From positions 310,001 through 374,000 of IMG/VR virus record IMGVR_UViG_3300050821_013430: a stretch of 64,000 bases of DNA; one strand, given 5' to 3'. The notes under the pieces are model-generated. The model did no database searches and was not told the origin of the DNA. It saw nothing but the letters and a program-made list of their open reading frames with translations. This document shows, piece after piece, positions 56,203-64,000 of this stretch (within the stretch, counting starts at the first letter, position 1; every line of letters starts with the position of its first letter). A program made the position numbers and the translations under genes.

Positions 56203-56990
56203 TTAGACCATGGTCCTACAACCCGCGTCTGCACCGTTTTTTGCCCTGCTTTTAGAGACTTCGTGGTTTTACTGGGCACTCGACAAATCGCCCCCTTCTT
56301 CTTAGGGAAGATGGTTGAGAAGGCATCGGTTCGATTGATCTCCGTCTTGATCGGAGAATCGAAACAATTCACCACCTCACCACGAGTGCCATCGCCACGA
56401 GCCACCAGCACACGACAACCCTTTCGATAGGCTTCTTGGAAGGTTGCGTAATGCCACAGCATCGGAGTATGGATTTCGATCTTCCGCTGCTTGCCGGTCT
56501 CTTCATCTTCTTCGATCTTGTAGGTGATCTCGACGCCAAGGCTTTCGGTTTCGATGCCGAGTGAATCCACCTCTTTCGTCCATACCGAAACGCAATAGCC
56601 ATCGGTGAATCCAACCTCCGGGGATACCACCCGAATCAGATCCGCCTCTTGCTTCTCTTTGGCCCTCTGCACCGCTGCATCCGTTGCCTTGGACTTGCAT
56701 TCCAGGAAATAGGCATAGAGAGCCTCATGAACGCATTGACGGGCCTGAGTCGGAGCAATGACCTGCTCACGATACGCCTGCAACACCCCATGCAAGAAAG
56801 AGAACGATTCGAGATACGCTTGGTGCTTGGCCAGAAACTCATCACTCGGAGTCTTGCCCTTGGACGGATCACAACTACGGATGAATTGGAGAAGCGATCT
56901 TGGTCTCTTAGGCTTCTCCTCGCCCAACAGATCATCCAAATCGGCCACAGGCTCCGACGGTTCCAGCATGTCCAGAATTGATTCGGTCAT
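56190..56990 (-). CDS. Phage hypothetical protein
   Basis: GGGAG SD; 266-aa ORF. Confidence 0.65.
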   Translation of the reverse strand: MTESILDMLEPSEPVADLDDLLGEEKPKRPRSLLQFIRSCDPSKGKTPSDEFLAKHQAYLESFSFLHGVLQAYREQVIAPTQARQCVHEALYAYFLECKSKATDAAVQRAKEKQEADLIRVVSPEVGFTDGYCVSVWTKEVDSLGIETESLGVEITYKIEEDEETGKQRKIEIHTPMLWHYATFQEAYRKGCRVLVARGDGTRGEVVNCFDSPIKTEINRTDAFSTIFPKKKGAICRVPSKTTKSLKAGQKTVQTRVVGPWSNHGR

Positions 56991-57479
56991 GTTCTCCCTC
57001 GCTTGTTTCAGCAGACACCATTATCCGCTGCATTGAATTGGTTGCCCCGAGTCCTCGCCGATCTCGTTTAGAGGGCCCCTCCATAGAGGAGCGCTAATGC
57101 GGCGCGATTCATTCGTCTTACAGACAAGGGGCAAATTTGGAGGCAGTGTCATCGGTTTCCCAATGCAAACGCAGAGTCGACACCTTAGCGACCACCGCCA
57201 TAACTCCTACTTGGCCAGCCTAACTATCAGTAGGATGATCATCATCAGCACTGTGCTGGCGAACATGAAAGCAACGAAGTGTTCTTTGGTAGGAAGCATC
57301 CTTCGTTCAACAGGCAGTCCCCAGGACAAACATCGATCCACCAACCAACAGAGACAAGTTAGAGGCAAGCCGGGAAGACACAAGATGAACATGACGGTTA
57401 GTTTGATGTTCTGTTTGGTCATCGGCTTGCCTCTGTTGAATTGGCCCCAGCGTCTCGTTTAGGGAGCAAATCATTGACG

Positions 57480-57900
57480 GTTGGTACCATTAGTCAATGA
57501 TGCCGCTGGGATGATTAGGTGGGAAGCGGAGAGAACTTCTACTTGGCGGTCTGCCTATTGGCGGACATCTTGCCCATTAGGTGCGAAGTTCTCCGCTTCC
57601 CGAATTAGCGGCTCTCTATACGAGAGCCATTGATAGATGAGCGAGGTGGGGGCAAGCATCTTGTGGCTCACTCTTTCCTCTGGTTAGGCGGTCGATTAGT
57701 CCGTGGTCGATACCAGCGACCATGTGAGAAGGCTTTGCCTTCCGGGTTTATCGTCTCCTTCGTTTCCACTCTCGCTCGGCATTCGGAGATTGATGAGGCA
57801 CCTATCAGCATTATCGGGGCGGTGTGCCTTTTGGGTAATCTCAAACCGAATACGGCTGTTTTGCGAAACAGCCAAAATCGAAATCCCTCGGCAGCAGTCC
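57480..57900. ncRNA. Candidate structured ncRNA
   Basis: No credible ORF; long hairpin 57521-57601 and several perfect stems. Confidence 0.45.
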
Positions 57901-58669
57901 TCTCCTCTTACACCTCACGAGGCCAAGAAGAAGAACCGAGAGGCAGGAAGACCGAACACGGTCTGAGGATAGCATACTGCAAACACAATGCTACCTTCGC
58001 ACCCTTACCCATCAAGCGCTCATCAGAGCAGTGGGTTCTGCCAGAACTTGTTTAGGCGGACTTTTTGCCCATCTGAATGTATCGGATGAGGAAGGTTGCG
58101 ACCAGAAAGAATCCGGCCAGAAACACTATCATCGGATAGGTTGGCGTGAGATGGAACAACCTAACTATGAGGTAGGAACTCAACGCACCGCCGAAAAAAC
58201 CGGAAGTCGTTTCTTGGAAGGCGGAGAGAAACGCAGTCTTGAATCGAGAAGTGTTCATGTGATGTCCTTTCGTGTCTAAGTGTCCGACGCCTTGGAATTG
58301 AACCAAGCTCGAAGATCCGGGGTTATAAGCCTCGCGGCACTACCTTGTGCCTTGCGTCGGTAAGTCTATCTCTTCATCAACAGCATCGCCCCAAGCACCA
58401 CCGCTGCCAATCCAACCGGCACTACCAGATACCTTACCCACCAACGCGTCCTCGGAAAGACGACATGGTTGAGAACCGGCGCTACAAAGAACATGATCGC
58501 GAACACGACGATGCTTTGCTTATCCATTAGTCCATTCTCCCACGCGTCTTATACAGCCTCACCACACTCTTCCCAATCAGCAGCAACCATGTTGTCGAAC
58601 CGCTGATCCATTCGATCTTCCGAATCCCCAACCACTCGAAACCGAAAGTCTGTATGGTAAGATGTGGGC

Positions 58670-59341
58670 TCATCCCCCCTCTATCCCGTAGTACCTGGCT
58701 ATCTTCTCCGCAGCCAATCTTGCTTCGTGAATCCGAATCCTATCTCTGGTAGATGGCAAACCTGGCGTGTATGTCTTGCTACCTTCCGGCAGACTATACC
58801 GATTGCCTTCTTTGCCAGCGCTAACTGGTTTCAATCTGAGTTGCGCTTCTCTTCGCAGGTTATCGAAGGCGCTGGCGAATGAAAGGCCCTGAGAGATGTA
58901 CTTGCCACCACCGTTCGCTAATACCAACGGTCGAAGAGACTTGTTCTCTACATAGAGAGAGGCCCTCATAAAGTCCTCATCCCCTAAAACATGCGCTTGA
59001 CAGAACAAAACCGGAGCAGCCTTACGACTCTCCGGTCTGTAATCGAGGTCTATCGATGTAGAGGACTTGCGAGTATATGAGCGAGTAGGCTTGTCTTCCT
59101 TGATGCGGGCTTCTTGGCGAGCCCTTTCCTTGGCACTTTCGAGAAGATCAACAATGAACGAAGGCAACTCCTCTTGCGCAGGTGTTTCGATCTCTTCCTT
59201 TGGTTTGGTATAGGATGCACCTGCACTTGGAAGTCTGGGTTTGGGTGAGGAGAACGAACTACTTGTTTCTTCGGTTTCGATCTTGGTATCTGAATCGTTG
59301 GTAAGGGATGTTGAGATGGGAAAGTAGTCCGTCGTTAGCAT
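58670..59341 (-). CDS. Hypothetical protein
   Basis: AAGGA SD before MLTTDY. Confidence 0.55.
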   Translation of the reverse strand: MLTTDYFPISTSLTNDSDTKIETEETSSSFSSPKPRLPSAGASYTKPKEEIETPAQEELPSFIVDLLESAKERARQEARIKEDKPTRSYTRKSSTSIDLDYRPESRKAAPVLFCQAHVLGDEDFMRASLYVENKSLRPLVLANGGGKYISQGLSFASAFDNLRREAQLRLKPVSAGKEGNRYSLPEGSKTYTPGLPSTRDRIRIHEARLAAEKIARYYGIEGG

Positions 59342-60092
59342 TAGGTGTGATTCCTTTCGCGGCGTTTCGTGAAACGGAAAAAGAGAAGGGAGAGAAACGG
59401 GACGGTCTGTTTCGAGGGGGACAGACAATGTAAGGCTCGGCCTGAATCCGCGCCACCTGGCATGGATATTGCTTCGGGGGCGCCCACCCCCAGGTAGGCA
59501 AGACGCCTACATGGCCATACTCCCCCGCGCTCGGCAAGGGAGGGGTGCAACGCATAACCTAAGCATTCTGCCGCGCGGTGCAAGGGGGTGTGGCAAAGAG
59601 ACGCGCCGGAGACAAAACCCTGACGCGGTGCAGCAACGGGGGCTTGGCATGCTTCTTGCTACGGCGCGGCGGATTGTCCTACATGGTAGGACGGACGGAA
59701 CGGCGAGGAGGGGGGCTGAGGTAGGTGCTGGTAGGGGAAGGTGCGGGCCAGTCAAACCCACTTTGTAGGCCAATGTGCGCTGTTATCCTACCCACACGCC
59801 CTACATCGCTTGCAAACACGCCACGAGCGTGCCTTTTCAATAGCGCAATGCACCGTATCCCTTATCTTGATGCCGCAATGAGTGCGCGCCCAACCGTCAA
59901 TATGACCATCGATCTTATGGATCGAAGGCAAAAACTCGGCTCGTTTGGGTGGTTGGACGAGAAACCAAGGCTCGATTCGATTACGCTTGTTCATCGGCAT
60001 CCTCTTCTTCCTTCTCGTAGTCCTCAGGTTCCAATTTCTCGGAGTAGAAACTGATCGGTGGTTTCGTGATATCGGCGAGGACGCTCATTGAA

Positions 60093-60614
60093 TCAAACCT
60101 CCACATAGTCGCACTTCTTAGCCACCCCAACGCCCATAATATGGGTTGCCGCGGCCTCGATAGATCGTTCGATGCGTCTGCGAGGAGAGCACTTTGACAG
60201 AACATGCATAGCACCGAGAGCGACTGGTGCCCCGTTTCCAATGCAATGGAACTCAGCCTTCACACGATGCCACCCAGCAATATTGCCCATATACACGATC
60301 GTTGTGTTTTGAGCCAGAAGTAGTTCGCCATTGCCAGTCGAACTGGCTGTTTCTTTGAGCAGATTGAAGACGTCCAGCAAACTACCATCATCGGTAGAGA
60401 TGTCTATTGTCGTGAAGCCGGTTTCCGGTTTGATTAGCACTTCCTCAATTGAGTTTTGCAACGCCAATGCTCCAGAAAATCCGACAACTACACCAGACGG
60501 AAACCTCTTCAACTTTTCTCCGTTCAAATGAACGCCACCAAATGAGTTTGAGATCGCATGATCCGCACCCATATGAACCTTACCATCGTTTCGCAAAGCA
60601 ATAATGCACGTCAT
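60093..60614 (-). CDS. HslV/proteasome beta-like Ntn protease
   Basis: N-terminal M-T-C-I-I-A, GAD, GFSG, IGNG...ALGAM. Confidence 0.72.
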   Translation of the reverse strand: MTCIIALRNDGKVHMGADHAISNSFGGVHLNGEKLKRFPSGVVVGFSGALALQNSIEEVLIKPETGFTTIDISTDDGSLLDVFNLLKETASSTGNGELLLAQNTTIVYMGNIAGWHRVKAEFHCIGNGAPVALGAMHVLSKCSPRRRIERSIEAAATHIMGVGVAKKCDYVEV

Positions 60615-60711
60615 CTTGATCGATTCCCTTCTGTCATTGGTAGTGTTCTCACCTCTCCCGCCATCCCACGAATAGGACAGCGGAAGCGGTCAGAACCCTA
60701 CTTATTCGTAG

Positions 60712-61425
60712 TCATACTTCTTTCGTTGGCAGTATCCAATATCCATCGATGATGGCTGTTCCATCCTCCGAAGGATCGAACGTGTCGTGGATCACACCGT
60801 CTATGACTGCGACATAGTGTTCAGGAATAGAAACCACCAATCTCCCCATTGGAAGATCGCCCGCGCGAAGCCGCGTGTTCTTTCCTTTGCAATCCACATA
60901 CACCCATCCACGAGATTCAAGATATGGTTCATACAGATCGGGAGCGCACCCATTATCCAGATTAGAGCTAAACCATACCTCATGCAGAACGACCGCAGCA
61001 TCATTTCTTTCTGGATCGTCGCTTCGACCACATCGAACCTCACTTGCGAACACAGGATCAATGCCCTCAAGTTCTCGCATCTGATCTTCAACTTCTCCTT
61101 GATGAATATTTGTTAGGCCAGAACGGACGTCCAGATACGGCAAGTGGTTAGCTATAGCGATGGCACGATTTACACAATCGCTTTTGTATTCGCCAAGACC
61201 AGCCCCAGCCCTACCACCATCGTTCAGAGAGAACGGCATAGTCTCCCACCGTTCTTTGCAGTGAGATAGTAATTCTTCGACAGACATGCAGTTATCTTCT
61301 GCTTGCTGTGGTATATCGTCCTCCCGCACCACACGAGAGTAGACGTTGGGCAGTTTCATCATGGCGAGAACGCCTTCTGGAAGTTCCCCCAGGTCCAAAG
61401 GAGTCTCAATACGGAACATCTTCAT
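60712..61425 (-). CDS. Papain-like (C39-like) fold protein
   Basis: DCVNRAIAIA...HYVAVIDGVIHDTFD. Confidence 0.55.
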   Translation of the reverse strand: MKMFRIETPLDLGELPEGVLAMMKLPNVYSRVVREDDIPQQAEDNCMSVEELLSHCKERWETMPFSLNDGGRAGAGLGEYKSDCVNRAIAIANHLPYLDVRSGLTNIHQGEVEDQMRELEGIDPVFASEVRCGRSDDPERNDAAVVLHEVWFSSNLDNGCAPDLYEPYLESRGWVYVDCKGKNTRLRAGDLPMGRLVVSIPEHYVAVIDGVIHDTFDPSEDGTAIIDGYWILPTKEV

Positions 61426-61709
61426 GATCAACCTCATTTTGGTAGTCAGCTTTGGGACGGGGCAGAAGACATTCGGCCCCGTAGTCAAAACTAACTACGC
61501 CTATCATCAGAACTAGGACGACCACGTGGGTGGCATGCGTAATGGACGACACGACAGTTACTTAGTTCTGTCCGACCGCCAAGGCTCATATCCTCCCGGC
61601 GGTTTGCAGTAATGCGTTTTTCGGCGGTGGGGTACCCCGTATCAAACCAGAAGTGGCTCTGTTGCGAAGTTCTATCGGTCGATAGGGATGTTCATTCATT
61701 GTCCTTCTC

Positions 61710-62207
61710 CTATCGGATGCATTGGCTGGCATCCTTGATTCCGATGCTTCGAGCGAAGCCATCCACATCGTTCCTATCCGGCACTTCTACCACTTTGATG
61801 TCGGTCATATTGGCAAACGGCATATCCGGGCCTTTCACATAGAGTTTGCCACTGCCATCCGCCTGAGTCTGCGGAGAGACCACCCAACAACGAACCACCG
61901 CATCGTCAGCGCCATACCGCGCCACCAAATATCCCATCTTGTTGATGCGCTGGTTATTCTCCTGCACTTCTCTTTTCAGAGCCTCACCCAGACACGCTGC
62001 GCCCAAAACGAAACCGATGGCAATCCCACCCCATATCGCAGACCAGAACGCCACCTTTCTTGTCGAACGCCAGAACGGCGACCAATCCTTCTTCGGCTTG
62101 GGGGCGGGCGGTTCTTCGGGGATATCCATTGCAGCGGGCTCCCTATAACTCGTCGTTGCTTCCACTTCGCCGGAACCGTTGCAATCGAGACACTTTTGCT
62201 TACTCAT
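61710..62207 (-). CDS. Membrane protein with N-terminal CxxCxGxG motif
   Basis: CLDCNGSG; TM segment. Confidence 0.55.
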   Translation of the reverse strand: MSKQKCLDCNGSGEVEATTSYREPAAMDIPEEPPAPKPKKDWSPFWRSTRKVAFWSAIWGGIAIGFVLGAACLGEALKREVQENNQRINKMGYLVARYGADDAVVRCWVVSPQTQADGSGKLYVKGPDMPFANMTDIKVVEVPDRNDVDGFARSIGIKDASQCIR

Positions 62208-62389
62208 GATTACACCTTCCCTTTCTTCCAACAGGCATTCCGAAACTCGGTCTCATCGAACTTTGGGTTGTCCCTGAACAGATCGACGAAGGCGTTGATG
62301 ACATCCAACTTATGAACGCCGCAGCAAGCAGGCCCAATGATGTTGGCAATCTTGATGGCCTTGTCAAAGTCCTTTTGGCTGCTCATCGG

Positions 62390-62701
62390 TCATTGCCCTT
62401 TCAGAACGGCATCGACGCGCACCAACGCTCGTTCATCATCAGCCTTGTCGTTCTCTACATCCAAAGAGCCGTGGAAAACGATGCAGTCTCGGGCAACGAC
62501 CAAAGCATCGCGCATTCTTTCAGTCTTCTCCTGCTCGTTATCCAAGGCATTGACCAATTCGACGGTATGTCCATCCGCAGCAACTTGCAACAGACGCACC
62601 TTCTCTCGCAGTTTCAGTATCTCCCGAGCCATCTCGTGGCCCTCATAGGGGCCAAAGACTTCGGCCAACTCGACGAGTCGGTCTTCGGATACACCTTTCA
62701 T
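62390..62701 (-). CDS. Ead/Ea22-like coiled-coil phage protein
   Basis: EDRLVEL...EMAREIL.LR. Confidence 0.45.
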   Translation of the reverse strand: MKGVSEDRLVELAEVFGPYEGHEMAREILKLREKVRLLQVAADGHTVELVNALDNEQEKTERMRDALVVARDCIVFHGSLDVENDKADDERALVRVDAVLKGQ

Positions 62702-63007
62702 TGTCTCGCTCCTTACTTGCTTGCCTTCATCAGAATCGGAACCAATCGACAAGTCAGTTTATGATCCTCGAATGTCTTAGGGTAGGAGAGAAATTCTCGA
62801 CAATCTGGGCAGAAACCAGACAACTCCCCGTAATACCCAACCTCAAAGGAGAGGTAGAGTTTGACCAGCATCTCGATGGTCTGCTCCGGGGTGAGCGAAG
62901 GTAGGCCGGTCGGGTGTTCTAACTTGCAGTTTGGCCGAAAGAACCAATGCCCAGATTCTTCCTGTCTGCATCCTTCGGGATGAGTGTTCATTGTCTTGCT
63001 CCTCGGG

Positions 63008-63262
63008 TTAGGGTCGGTAGTTGAAAGTGATAGACATCCCGGTGGTGTTGGGCTCGGTGCAGATATACACCTTCGACTTCCAGGGATAACAGCAGCGGAT
63101 GAATTTGCAGGACAAGGATTGGTCAGGCGTTTGGTAGATGCCCTTCTCGTAGTCGAAGGTACCCGCACACCCGCACATGCTCAACAACACCAATAGACCG
63201 ATATACCTCACCCAATAATGCGGGGCTATTCCTTGCGGACGTGTAGAAGCATCCGACACCAT
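63008..63262 (-). CDS. Lipoprotein-like small protein
   Basis: LLVLLSMCGC; starts right after the IS right end. Confidence 0.45.
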   Translation of the reverse strand: MVSDASTRPQGIAPHYWVRYIGLLVLLSMCGCAGTFDYEKGIYQTPDQSLSCKFIRCCYPWKSKVYICTEPNTTGMSITFNYRP

Positions 63263-63264
63263 TG

Positions 63265-63395
63265 GTGATATACTCTCCGAATGGTTTTAGCCGTTCGAGA
63301 TTGTGCCATCAACGCTGAGAGCCTGCTTGCCACGCTTGCGCGTGGGCTTCGCAGGTCTTACCTCAACTCCGACAAGGGTTGATATCCCAACCCCG
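63265..63395 (-). ncRNA. Putative omega-RNA / right end of second TnpB element
   Basis: Similar to 2945-3066; terminal hairpin then TCAC. Confidence 0.55.
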
Positions 63396-64000
63396 TTCTT
63401 GCTTTTCAGCAAGGACATACCTTGTGTATGAATGTTGATCGCGGCATTCGCATCACGATCGTGATGCGTGCCGCAGTTTGAGCAATCCCATTCTCGATCT
63501 TTTAGGTCGAGAGTCTCATTGATATGCTGGCAGCAAGAACAAGTCTTGCTGCTCGGATAGAAACGATCAATGAAGATCACCTTTGAGCCATACTTGCTGG
63601 CCATATAGACCAGTTTCTGAACGAAGGAGTAGAGGCCTAAGTCTCCAATCTTGCGACTACATAAGGCTTGCATCCCTTTCAGGTTGAGGGTCTCTAAGCA
63701 AATTGTCTCGTAGGTTTGCACCAATTGGTAAGCCAACTGCCAGTGAAAGTCTTTTCGTTGGTTGGCGATGTCGTCATGAGCCTTGGCAAGCGCACGAAGT
63801 GCGCGCTTGCTATTCCCACTACCCTTGACCTTACTATCTAACTGCTGATTGAGTCTCCTGATCTTCTTGCTGCTTTGCTTGAAGAACAAGGGAGATTGGA
63901 TCGCTGTACCATCACTTCCTGTCAGGAAGTTTTTGAGCCCGAAGTCGAAACCGACGCTTTTACCCGATCTGGTTTCTTGTTTGGACGCTTCCTGAAAGTC
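63287..64000 (-). CDS. tnpB: TnpB RNA-guided endonuclease (5' part outside window)
   Basis: In frame to window edge: VGFDFGLKNF, ICLE, HDRDANAAINI, Zn finger. Confidence 0.93.
   Translation of the reverse strand, partial: DFQEASKQETRSGKSVGFDFGLKNFLTGSDGTAIQSPLFFKQSSKKIRRLNQQLDSKVKGSGNSKRALRALAKAHDDIANQRKDFHWQLAYQLVQTYETICLETLNLKGMQALCSRKIGDLGLYSFVQKLVYMASKYGSKVIFIDRFYPSSKTCSCCQHINETLDLKDREWDCSNCGTHHDRDANAAINIHTQGMSLLKSKNGVGISTLVGVEVRPAKPTRKRGKQALSVDGTISNG

Noticed and set aside
1-64000. Stop-codon reassignment as the cause of the short ORFs
   Set aside because: Long known proteins are intact in code 11; all three stops are used and are followed by frame-shifted coupled starts.

Overview
This window looks like the accessory (early-type) region of a large or jumbo bacteriophage genome. 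It holds well over 100 short, tightly packed, often ATGA/TGATG-overlapped ORFs, nearly all on the minus strand, and no core host housekeeping genes. Recognisable genes: two IS200/IS605-type TnpB nucleases with related omega-RNA 3' ends, three HNH and one LAGLIDADG homing endonucleases, a GNAT acetyltransferase, an RNA ligase, a metallophosphoesterase, an EamA transporter, a ClpA/B-like ATPase with degenerate motifs, an HslV-like protease, a Nal1-like serine protease and two zinc metalloproteases. The main unexplained feature is a set of 44 small ORFs from several unrelated N-terminal families that all end in the same C-x-Q-C-x3-H tail (42 exact, 2 variants), including an 18-aa tail-only peptide. 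The second is a group of highly structured non-coding loci, including two tRNA-like RNAs whose anticodon loop is replaced by extra structure. Many starts were trimmed by eye from the ORF track to the likely ATG. All family calls come from motif recognition, with no database search.
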